A DNA stretch of 64,000 bases from Candidatus Latescibacterota bacterium (lineage in GTDB: Bacteria; Latescibacterota; UBA2968; GCA-2709665), in contig OZ252100.1 of NCBI GenBank assembly GCA_965248435.1, positions 192,001-256,000 of the forward strand, in the 5' to 3' direction. The translations under genes and the position numbers were made by a program. This document shows positions 45,880-55,500 of the stretch, in pieces (position 1 is the first letter of the stretch; every line of letters begins with the position of its first letter). The notes beneath the pieces are model-generated. The model ran no database searches. It had not been told where the DNA came from and saw only the letters and a list, made by a program, of their open reading frames with translations.

Positions 45880-47454
45880 TTAGTTCAGATTCGAAGGGAG
45901 AGATTCTCTAAGAACCCTCTTCAGTACCTGTCCCTTCGTGCCTTTGGGCAGAGTTTCCTGGAAGGCGATTCTACGAGGATATTTGTAGGCAGCCAATCTA
46001 TTCTTACAATGCGCGATCAATTCCTCCGCTGTTGCCATCGTCTCCGAACTCATTACAACAACAGCTACGACCTCTTCCCCACAAGCCGCATCTGAAATCC
46101 CGATGACGGCTGACTCTGTCACCGCAGGATGGGAAATGAGGACGTCCTCGACCTCACGGGGATACACACTATACCCGTTGCGTAAGATTGTATCCTTCTT
46201 TCGATCGATTACGAAGAGGTGGTCCCCGGCGTCCAGGTAGCCGATGTCGCCCGTGTGAAACCATCCTGCACGCATCACCGCGGATGTGGTTTCTGGGTCC
46301 CTGAAATAGCCCTTCATAACTGGATCTCCAAGCACAACGATTTCTCCCGGTGTGCCACGTGGAAGTTCCGTTTCGTGATCGTCGACGATTCGAACTTTCA
46401 CTCCAGATATTGGTTTGCCGACACTGCCAGGCTTTCCTGGCGTCCCTGCCGTGCAAGAGGCGACCACGGGCGAAGTCTCGGAAAGGCCATACCCCACCAA
46501 AATCTCCGCATCGAACTCCTTTCTAAATGCTTCCACCGATCCTTCTGAAATCGGCGCTCCTCCCACGAGACAATACAGAAGCGTCGAGGGGACCTCCTTG
46601 TGGGATCTTGCATAGTCAAGAAGGGAGACGATCATGGAGGGAACAGCGGCAGCAAGGGTGATTCGATCCTCGTGGATTTTCCGAACAGCAAGTTCTGCCG
46701 AGAAACGGGGAAGGAGGGAAACCGCGGCTCCATGAAACAGTGACGCGTTCTGCAGGCAGGTCTGCCCAAAACTGTGAGAAAACGGCAGGGCTGCCAGTAC
46801 GACGTGGCCGGGACCCCAGAATTCCTTCACGCCGCTGCTTTGGATCGTCTCCTCTGAAACCCACCGGGCATTGGAATAGAGGTTGAAATGGGTGATTTCA
46901 GCTCCTTTCGGCTTCCCGGTGGTGCCGGACGTATAGAAGATAACTGCCGTATCGTTTGGCTTTGTGTCCTCCACATCCAAACTCTCTGCGGATGTCTCTA
47001 TGGAAGCGTCGAAATCGAGCGAACCATCGATCGCCCGGGATCGAGAGGATCCTATCGTAAAGAGACGCCGACACGGCTCCGCACGAGCAAACCCTTCAAG
47101 ACCCGCTTCGACCACGCCTTCCCAGAGAACCAGACCTGTGCTGCCGGACCCCGTGAGTATCGACGCAACCTCTTCCCCCGTGAGCAGGGCGTTGAGTGGA
47201 ACAACGATCCCTCCTACCGAGAGGATGCCAAAATAGGCAACCGTAAATTGAGGGATATTCGGCGCCATAATCGCGACTCGGTCGCCGATACCGATGCCGG
47301 TCTTTCTAAGCAGAGTTGCAAATCTCCGACACCTCGATTCCAACTGGCCGTATGAGACGGACTCGCCATCAGAGAGGAGCGCCGGCTCCTGCGAGTATTC
47401 CAGCACAGAGTTGAAAAGGATAGAGGCCAGGTTCAAGACCGACGACCCGCTCAT
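45880..47454 (-). CDS. Long-chain fatty acid--CoA ligase family
   Basis: YTSGTTGKPKG, GYGLSETSP, GWFHTGDIG, DRKKD, VYPREVE. Confidence 0.92.
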   Translation of the reverse strand: MSGSSVLNLASILFNSVLEYSQEPALLSDGESVSYGQLESRCRRFATLLRKTGIGIGDRVAIMAPNIPQFTVAYFGILSVGGIVVPLNALLTGEEVASILTGSGSTGLVLWEGVVEAGLEGFARAEPCRRLFTIGSSRSRAIDGSLDFDASIETSAESLDVEDTKPNDTAVIFYTSGTTGKPKGAEITHFNLYSNARWVSEETIQSSGVKEFWGPGHVVLAALPFSHSFGQTCLQNASLFHGAAVSLLPRFSAELAVRKIHEDRITLAAAVPSMIVSLLDYARSHKEVPSTLLYCLVGGAPISEGSVEAFRKEFDAEILVGYGLSETSPVVASCTAGTPGKPGSVGKPISGVKVRIVDDHETELPRGTPGEIVVLGDPVMKGYFRDPETTSAVMRAGWFHTGDIGYLDAGDHLFVIDRKKDTILRNGYSVYPREVEDVLISHPAVTESAVIGISDAACGEEVVAVVVMSSETMATAEELIAHCKNRLAAYKYPRRIAFQETLPKGTKGQVLKRVLRESLPSNLN

Positions 47455-47466
47455 CTCTCCTCTCCA

Positions 47467-48207
47467 TCAATCCATCCAGATTCCGCCGTTGACATCCAGG
47501 ACCTCTCCGGTGATATAATCAGATTCGCTTGACGCCAGGAAGAGGGCCGCGTTCGCGACCTCCTCCGGCTCTCCCCTTCGATGCTTAAGGACGATGGATG
47601 CATCGCCAGAAGGCGGATGAGCACGGGTCATTTCCGTCTTGATGATGCCGGGGGAGAGAGCATTTACGCAGATCCCGTGCGGGCCCAGTTCCTTCGCCAA
47701 GGAGAAGGTGTATGCGGACACTGCGGCCTTCGATGCAGCGTAAGGGGGACTTGCGGAGACTCCGCCGGTCTTCGCCGCCATGGAGGAAAGATTGATGATC
47801 TTTCCAGACCCTCTCTCGATCATCTCGTCCATGACGGCCCGGCAGCAAAGAAAGACACCTTTGATGTTCACGGCGAGCATTCGGTCCCACTCCTCTTCTG
47901 GACAGTCCGCCGTGGTATACCGGCTGTGGATCCCGGCATTGTTTATGAGGATGTCGATTCGAGAAAAGGCATTTCGGGTCATCGCCACCATCTCGCGCAC
48001 ACTGTCCCCGCTGGAGACATCCACGCTCATTCCAATGGAACGCCCGCCTTCACTCTGGATGGCATCGGCAACCGACAGGGCCCCCTCTGAATTCAGGTCT
48101 GCCACGCCCACGGAGGCGCCCTCACTTGCAAATCGTTCTGCAATGGCCCTTCCGATTCCCTGGGCAGCTCCGGTGACCAGCGCAACCTTGTCCTTAAGCC
48201 GGTCCAT
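47467..48207 (-). CDS. Short-chain dehydrogenase/reductase
   Basis: TGAAQGIG, NNAG, YAASK. Confidence 0.92.
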   Translation of the reverse strand: MDRLKDKVALVTGAAQGIGRAIAERFASEGASVGVADLNSEGALSVADAIQSEGGRSIGMSVDVSSGDSVREMVAMTRNAFSRIDILINNAGIHSRYTTADCPEEEWDRMLAVNIKGVFLCCRAVMDEMIERGSGKIINLSSMAAKTGGVSASPPYAASKAAVSAYTFSLAKELGPHGICVNALSPGIIKTEMTRAHPPSGDASIVLKHRRGEPEEVANAALFLASSESDYITGEVLDVNGGIWMD

Positions 48208-48248
48208 CACTCACCTGATCTATTAATGCCCGACGATGACCACATTTC

Positions 48249-48989
48249 TCAGTCCATCCAGATTCCACCGTTGATATCAAGAACTTCTCCGGTGATGTAA
48301 TCCGATTCGCTTGAAGCCAGGAAGAGGACCGCGTTCGCGACCTCTTCAGGCTCCCCCTTCCTCTTGTTCAGTACGACCGATTCCAGTACGGAGGGGGGAT
48401 GATTTCGGGTCATCTCGGTGTTGATGATGCCCGGGCATACTGCATTTACGCAGATTCCGTGCGGGCCCAGTTCCTTGGCCAGGGAGAAGGTATAGGCCGA
48501 AACAGCCGCCTTGGAGGCGACATATGCGGGGCTGGCGGCGAGCCCACCCGTCTTTGCGGCCAGGGAGGAAAAGTTGATGATCTTGCCCGATCCGCGTTCG
48601 ATCATTCCAGCCATAACGGCTCGACAGCAGAGGAAGACACCCTTCAAGTTTATCGCAAGCACACGGTCCCACTCTTCCTCCGGACAGTTGGCAGTTGTAT
48701 ATTGCTTGAACACGCCGGCGCTGTTGACGAGAATATCGACCCTAGAAAAGCGCTCTATTGTGTGAGCCACCATTTCGCGTACGCTATCGCCTCTCGTTAC
48801 ATCCACTCCAAAGCCAAGGGCTTCGGCACCTGTATGCTGAATGTCCTTGGCAACCGTATGGGCACCTTCATAGTTGATATCGGCTACAGCGACCGCCGCG
48901 CCTTCGCGAGCAAAGCGTTCGGAGATGGCCTTTCCAAGCCCCTGGGCCCCGCCTGTAATCAGTGCGACCTGTTCTTCCAATCTGCCCAT
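48249..48989 (-). CDS. Short-chain dehydrogenase/reductase, tandem paralog
   Basis: TGGAQGLG, NSAG, YVASK; C-terminal half nearly identical to the neighbour. Confidence 0.92.
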   Translation of the reverse strand: MGRLEEQVALITGGAQGLGKAISERFAREGAAVAVADINYEGAHTVAKDIQHTGAEALGFGVDVTRGDSVREMVAHTIERFSRVDILVNSAGVFKQYTTANCPEEEWDRVLAINLKGVFLCCRAVMAGMIERGSGKIINFSSLAAKTGGLAASPAYVASKAAVSAYTFSLAKELGPHGICVNAVCPGIINTEMTRNHPPSVLESVVLNKRKGEPEEVANAVLFLASSESDYITGEVLDINGGIWMD

Positions 48990-49098
48990 ATCGTTGACCT
49001 CTTGTACGATTTAATGGTGACTTGAAAAAGCGCGCGTAAACTAAGCGAGCCGGAATCAAAAGTCAAGCAGCTCTCCGATCCAGGTACAATTATATACT

Positions 49099-49111
49099 AA
49101 TCAATGACTTA
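49099..49111 (+). promoter_or_regulatory. IHF consensus site
   Basis: AATCAATGACTTA matches WATCAANNNNTTR, in an AT-rich divergent intergenic region upstream of the HU/IHF gene. Confidence 0.5.
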
Positions 49112-49262
49112 TACAACATACGCAGAAGTGAAAAAACGAACGGTCCTTGACCGCGGGACTTTGAAAATGTGCGTATCCTCTAGTAAATTTTTATCTTGCG
49201 CCTTATTGTCACCTGACTCTATATTATCGCCGTTCGTTTAGGCAGGAAAAGGGAGGGTTCGG

Positions 49263-49634
49263 ATGACTACGACGAAAAAGGATTTGGCTTTAAAGATATC
49301 CGAAAGGCTCGGTGTCAAGAAGCAACTGGCCTATGAAGTGGTAGACACGCTCTTTAAGGGAATGCGAGAACGTCTCATCTCTGGAGACAGAATCGAGATT
49401 CGAGGTTTCGGTGTCCTCGGTGTCAAAGATACTAAACCGAAACCTGCGGCGCGCAACCCAAGAACGGGCGAAATTGTCTACGTGCCTGCGAGGAAGAAAA
49501 GCTATTTCAAGGCAGGCGTACTCATCAAGAAGGCACTTCACGAACCTCTAGAAAACAGAGAGGAAGTGCAGAAACCTCTGGAGCCGGCGCGGGAAGGCTC
49601 CGGTGAGGTCGGAGGGAGTCCGGGCCAAACTTAG
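49263..49634 (+). CDS. HU/IHF family DNA-binding protein
   Basis: TKKDLA..ISE, RIEIRGFG, ARNPRTGE..VPARKKSYFKAG. Confidence 0.95.
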   Translation: MTTTKKDLALKISERLGVKKQLAYEVVDTLFKGMRERLISGDRIEIRGFGVLGVKDTKPKPAARNPRTGEIVYVPARKKSYFKAGVLIKKALHEPLENREEVQKPLEPAREGSGEVGGSPGQT

Positions 49635-49717
49635 TCTGATATATACCTTGAAACGCTTAGGGGGGCGCGGTCGATGCACCGCGCCCCCCTTCTATTATAG
49701 TCCTAAGATTAGAAAAA

Positions 49718-51127
49718 TTAATGAAATACGACGTTTTTCAGCTCGGTCATTTCCTCCACGGCATATTTTGGCCCTTCCTTGCCCATTCCACTATCCTTCA
49801 GACCTCCGTAAGGCATCAGATCGGCTCTCCATTGCGGTCCCCAATTCACCATCAGGTTGCCGGAATGGACCTTTCGCACAAACTGGATCGCCCAGTCCAA
49901 ATTCTGGGTGAACAGCGCCGCGCTCAGCCCGTAGTTCGTGTCGTTCGCCATGGCAATCGCCTCTTCGATCGTCTCAAATCTAGTGAGTGCAACTGCCGGA
50001 CCGAACAGCTCATCGCGTGAGACCCGCATGTCTGGATCGACGTCCGCCAGGATCGTGGGTGTGTGCATGGTCCCCTCACGACTGCCGCCCGTAACGATCC
50101 GAGCACCCTGTTCCTGTGCCTCGACGATCCATTCGTTTACACGTACAGCATCACTTTCCCGGATCATTGGTCCCATAGTCACATCGCCGTTCGTCGGATT
50201 TCCTGTTTTGAGCCCCTCGACCTTCGGCGTGAGGACATCGATGAAATCTCCGTAGACCTGTTGATTGACCAGGATCCTCTGTGCGGATATGCAAACCTGA
50301 CCCGCGTTTGCGAATCCTGTGGCCGCGGTTGCCGCAGCTACCTTTTCAAGGTCGGCATCGGGCATAACGATAAGCGGTGCATTCGAGCCGAGCTCCATGG
50401 TTACCTTCTTTAGTCCGGCGACGTGACAGATGTGCTCACCCACATCGCGACTTCCGGTGAAGGAGATCTTCCTTACTCGGGGATCGCTACAAAGCGCGTC
50501 ACCGATCTGCCCACCGGAGCCCGTAACGCATTGGATGGCCTCTGGTGGTAGGCCTGCCTCAAGCAGCAGTTCCGTGAGCTTGAGGGCAGATAGGGGTGTA
50601 TCCGTTGCGGGTTTGATAATGACCGAATTTCCGGCAGCGAGGGCAGGGCCGACCTTATGACAGACAAGATTGAGCGGGAAGTTGAACGGCGTGATGGCCA
50701 CAACCACGCCGCACGGTACCCGAAGCGTAAACCCGAATTTTCCGGCACCGTTCGCACCGCCATCTAGAGGAAGCGTCTCGCCATACAGTCGCTTTGCCTC
50801 TTCTGCGGACAGCGTCATCGTTTCAACGGCCCTCGCTGCTTCGCCCTTGCCCTCTGCATCCGTTTTTCCCTCCTCCAGAGTAATAGTCCTTCCGAAGTCG
50901 TCCAGACGTTCTTCCATCAATTCCGCGGCACGGTGCAATATTTGGTAACGCTCATATCCCGGCATCGCTGCCATGATCTCGGCCCCTCTGACCGCGGCCG
51001 CGAGCGCCGATTTGATATCCGCCTCATCCCCCTTCGGCACCGTGTCGATGACCGAGCCATCGAACGGATTCAAGACCTCTATCTTCTCTGCCTTGTCCGT
51101 CCACGCTCCATTCAGATGCATCTTCAT
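49718..51127 (-). CDS. Aldehyde dehydrogenase family protein
   Basis: ITPFNFPLNL, KPATDTP, FTGS, MELGSN, NAGQVCIS, ELFGP, PYGGLKDSGMG. Confidence 0.95.
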   Translation of the reverse strand: MKMHLNGAWTDKAEKIEVLNPFDGSVIDTVPKGDEADIKSALAAAVRGAEIMAAMPGYERYQILHRAAELMEERLDDFGRTITLEEGKTDAEGKGEAARAVETMTLSAEEAKRLYGETLPLDGGANGAGKFGFTLRVPCGVVVAITPFNFPLNLVCHKVGPALAAGNSVIIKPATDTPLSALKLTELLLEAGLPPEAIQCVTGSGGQIGDALCSDPRVRKISFTGSRDVGEHICHVAGLKKVTMELGSNAPLIVMPDADLEKVAAATAATGFANAGQVCISAQRILVNQQVYGDFIDVLTPKVEGLKTGNPTNGDVTMGPMIRESDAVRVNEWIVEAQEQGARIVTGGSREGTMHTPTILADVDPDMRVSRDELFGPAVALTRFETIEEAIAMANDTNYGLSAALFTQNLDWAIQFVRKVHSGNLMVNWGPQWRADLMPYGGLKDSGMGKEGPKYAVEEMTELKNVVFH

Positions 51128-52065
51128 GTCGCTCCTCCTCCGTGTGAGTTTCTTTTGATAACGATATAGCTGATGTCGTCCTCTGGTTTGCCGAATTCGA
51201 TTAGGTCTTCCTTGATGCTCTGAAAGATCTCTCTGGCCGATCGATCCTTCACCTCTCGAAGTTTCGTTTCCAGGTGATTCGGGAAGTACTCCTCATCTCC
51301 CTTTGTGTGCTCTGAAAGGCCGTCTGTGTAGAGCAGGAGGATATCCCCTTCCGCCATCAGTTTAATTTGATAGACTTGATATTTGGTCTTGTAGCCCAGG
51401 ACGCTCTGGGTTGCCCGCTTGTCGATATCCTCCTGAGAAGGAAGCGTACCGATCGGCGGAAAGGTCGTCAGCAGTTCTTCGTTGAAGTCTACGAATTGAT
51501 CGTGATGACTTGAAAAGAAGAGGGGCATGGGATGGGCAGCTGAGATGAACTTGAACATTCCTTCCTCGGAGATCTCGCCGTAGATCATCGTCAGAAATTT
51601 GGTCACGCTGGAAGAGTTGTAGAAGCGGGTATTGATGTTTTCGAACAATCTTTCGGTGATATTCCCAGAATGGTCCAACTCATAGATTGCCCCGAGCAAA
51701 AAGGCCTGGTGCAACATGGCCGCCAGTAGGGCATCAGTGATTTGATGGCCCGAAACGTCGAGTAAGGCCATTCCGGCTTTTCTCCGGCATCCTTTCAATT
51801 GAGCTTCCACCTCGTCGCGCCCGGCCTCGTGGGCGTGTTGTATCCTGGCCTCAAGGTCGTAGCGCTTCTTAAAATCCAGATAAATGATGTGGTCGCCTCC
51901 GATCACGCCATTCAGGGGCATGGACTCCCCAAAGAGTTCAATTCCGGAGAGACTGGGCAGGTTTCCCGAAGAGGGCGTCAGGGCCTTGGCGATATCCTGG
52001 AAATTTTCCAGCTCGCCCGTCAACCTCCTCAAGGATTTTCTTACTTCCTCAATGATATCTTCCAT
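51124..52065 (-). CDS. PP2C/SpoIIE-family Ser/Thr phosphatase
   Basis: IGGDH, LDVSGH, SAAHP.P, LLYTDGLSE, EDDISYIVI. Confidence 0.88.
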   Translation of the reverse strand: MEDIIEEVRKSLRRLTGELENFQDIAKALTPSSGNLPSLSGIELFGESMPLNGVIGGDHIIYLDFKKRYDLEARIQHAHEAGRDEVEAQLKGCRRKAGMALLDVSGHQITDALLAAMLHQAFLLGAIYELDHSGNITERLFENINTRFYNSSSVTKFLTMIYGEISEEGMFKFISAAHPMPLFFSSHHDQFVDFNEELLTTFPPIGTLPSQEDIDKRATQSVLGYKTKYQVYQIKLMAEGDILLLYTDGLSEHTKGDEEYFPNHLETKLREVKDRSAREIFQSIKEDLIEFGKPEDDISYIVIKRNSHGGGAT

Positions 52066-52260
52066 CTATTCGACCAAATAGAAGTTGAGTTTTTCCGAAA
52101 AAAACGGGAGAAAGTCCGCGTCCGACGTATAAGATACACGGAAACCGGGACCGTTACAAATCTTCTTTATCCCATAAAGGCAAAAGGCCGGTGCGAAGTG
52201 AAGAAGGGGGCACTGTTCAGCTTCACAGCGCCCCCTCCGCTCACCTGATGGAACTAACGA

Positions 52261-52524
52261 TCAGGCCTGTGCCTCCTCTTCCTCCATTTCGGCGTTGCCG
52301 TTGGAAGTCAGGTGCTCGTAGGCTTTGTTCAGAACAAGAACCGCTTTAGGGAGGTCGTTGACGTTCAAACTACTGGACGTTTTCCAATCCCCTTCCTTGT
52401 CCCGATAACGCTTCTGGAATGAGACGTTTCGGACACTGAACGTTTCTTTACCACGATTGTATTCATTTTCGAATACCGAAGCGCTGCAAGCACCGTTCCT
52501 GAACGTAATCTCGGGCTGTGCCAT
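52261..52524 (-). CDS. Small conserved hypothetical protein, possibly nucleic-acid binding
   Basis: AAGGAGG RBS; P..TFRNG.CSASVFEN, RYRDKEGDWKTSSSL..NDLPKA. Confidence 0.75.
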   Translation of the reverse strand: MAQPEITFRNGACSASVFENEYNRGKETFSVRNVSFQKRYRDKEGDWKTSSSLNVNDLPKAVLVLNKAYEHLTSNGNAEMEEEEAQA

Positions 52525-52559
52525 CTGTTTCACCTCCTTTCTGTGATAGAAGTGACTGA

Positions 52560-55500
52560 CTACTTCATTAGTGCCATCCGTACGGTTGAGATTCCCTCAT
52601 CTGTCTGTATCCGGAGAAGGTAGAGCCCTGACCCTACCCGTCTACCCCTATCATCTTTTCCGTCCCACACAACCCTGTGATGGCCGACCGTGGTATTTCC
52701 CCTGATCAGATACCTGACCGGCTGGCCCAGCAGATTGTAGACCGACAGTTGGACAAAGCCGCCCGGCGAGTGAAATCCAACAATCGTGCGAGCATTGAAG
52801 GGATTTGGTCTGGGCCCTTGAACCTGAGTGACAGCCGCGGTGTCTTCCTGAGTGGTATGTACGGGTCCAGATACTTGTGTATTCACAAGCCTTTCAGGTA
52901 GGCCTGGAGAGAAGGACCGTGCTGAGACGCTATTGTGAGGTACCCACTCTCCGGGCAGACCGGGGTCTCGCACGAGGGAGGCACCCGCTCGCCCTCCCCT
53001 GTACTGGAGATCGATGAGGGTGTCTGGACCAGACGGCGCAACGAGTAGAAGGCGATCTGACTCCCCAAGCCCGTTCCCGATACGGCCCCCGGCAGAGAAC
53101 CGCCCTGACCTCGCATCGGACACCCCTCCCCCAAAGAGCGTCACCCTACTCGCTGACGATATGAGCGATCCGTCAGGAAACTCGAAAGGCTTACCATCGT
53201 CATCGCCCAGTGTCCATCCCTGAAGGTTCAAGGGACGCGGCCCCCGGAAGGAGAGTTCTATGTATTGATCTTCAAACGGATCAAGCAGGGCATCTCCGTT
53301 CATATCCTGGGGTGGGTCGACCATGATCTCGGCAATCTGGATATCCGGCGCAGATAAAACAATTATCTGATAGGCAAGAATCAGATCTTGAAGACCGTTT
53401 GTGCTGATAGACACCGATACCGTTCTCTCCCCTTCGTCCCCCTTGTTCGGTCTCCAGACCAGCCCCAGACCGCTCTGTTCAACAACCGGCCCTCCATCCG
53501 CCTGAACCTCCACGCCGGTTGGCGGAACGAATGGCCATCGCCACGTAAGGCCGACATAGGCCGAATCTTTCGGCGATCCTTGCAGGATCTGTTCCTGTGC
53601 CAGGACACGAATTCTGAACCGCTGCTCGGACCGTGCCCAACCATCGCTTGCCTCAAGCTCCACGTCAGCGTGACCAGCATCTTTCTGGGCGGGTGTGCCC
53701 GCTAGCTGGTCCGCCGCAAGCGTCAACCAATCCGGAATCACAGGAGCACTCAAGTGAACGCTGTCTTCTTCCGAGTCGCTCACGCTTACCCGGTATAGAT
53801 ACTGCAACCCCACAACAGCGGTCGTTTCTGGCCAGGAGGAGATGATCGGAGGCAGGTTTTGCACTGGTTCTGGAGGTTCAGAAATGTCCTGACCGCTCGC
53901 ACGACCCTCATTGCGGCCCCCAGTGCCGGGAGTGGGTGGTGGTTGCCCATCTTCCGGGGAATGGCTATCCTCTTCCAGGTCGACGGTTCCGGCCGTTTCC
54001 GACTTCAGACTATCTTTGCGTTCGAAGAGAAGCTCATCCGTAACAATTTCTATTGTGACTGTACGGGCAAACTGCCCTTCGACTGTGACCTTTACCGAGG
54101 TCACCCCCGATCGTAGGCCGCTGACCATTCCAACCTGATCCACTCCTGCGATGAGCGAATCCGCAACTGACCAGTCGACAAGCCGGGTAAGTTCCTGTTG
54201 CGAGTCGTCAGTAAACGTCCCGAAGGCCAGGAGTTGACCGGACGCTCCGACTTCCAGCACCAGAGTGTCAGGCATCGTGTCGAGACGCACGAGGTGGGTT
54301 CTTGCCCTTCCGGGCGACAACCGACCCCTTCCAGGCAGCCGGTCGTGCGGGCGGAGGATTCCTCCCCGCGCGTTCACCCAGGAGACCCCTCTATGGCCTT
54401 TGTTATATCGAATTTGGTCCAGGGTGTCACCCCCCGTCTCCGAAATCAGCAGAACCCTGTCGCCCCCGTTGGACAGACCGTCTCCGATCCTCCCATCGTC
54501 TGTAAACACCTTCCCTGGCACTGCGAGTGGATCGCCCCCACCGAATAGCGCGACGAACTCACCTGGTTGGAGGACCATCCCTTCTGGAAATTTGAATTGA
54601 CGGTCCACGGAGACGTCATCGTCCCCCAGGCGCCAATGCGAGAGGTCAGCCGGCTCAGTGTCGGAGTTCCAGAGCTCGACGAATTCGTCTTCGAACGGGT
54701 GTCGGACACCGTCTCCGTTAGCGTCCCCCTCTGGTCCCAAAGCGGGATCGGCGTAAATTTCACTGATGATGACACCTTTCGGTCGAATTCGTAGAGATCT
54801 GTCATCCACAGGAAGCTTTTCTCTCTCAGAGAGAATGCCCGAGCGCATCCAATCTCGCGGTCGGCCCGGTGAAAAGGGGGCTTGCCCAGCGTGGTCCGCG
54901 TGGGGGATCCACCGACGTCCCCGGGGCACGAGGGACTGATTCAAATCCCCATCCACGGTATAGCTCGCGAACGCAACTGTGTCTGAAAACACAGGATCGA
55001 ACAACAGGAGGATATCCCCTGAGTTCGTCAGCCCGTTCCCGATGCTGCCGTCGTCTGCAAAAACAAGCCCCGGTATTTTCTGGTGGCTGCCGCCCCCAAA
55101 AAGGACAGACCTTTCTCCTGGCTCGAGAAGAGTTCCTTCCGGGAAAGTGAATCGCCCCGCTTCCGAAACGTCATCGTCGCTTAGCTGCCATCCGCCAATC
55201 GGTACGGGATGTTCATCCTGGTTGAGGATTTCCACGAATTCGTCTGCTGTTCCGTCGCGCTCGCCGTCACCGTTTGCGTCGCCTGCTGGGCCAGGAGGAG
55301 GATCCGCCAGAATCTCGGAGATAACAATCGCGGGCCGATTTGTAACGAGTACAGTAAAGGCCTGCCTGCCTTCCCGCCCCTGGGGATTGGGCGCGAATAG
55401 GATGAACGAGAAGGTACCGGATTTCTCGGGGCGCCACGTGATCCCCCCCGTCACTGGGTTCACCTGGACGCCCTCAGCGTTGGTTGCGACCCACGCCCTT

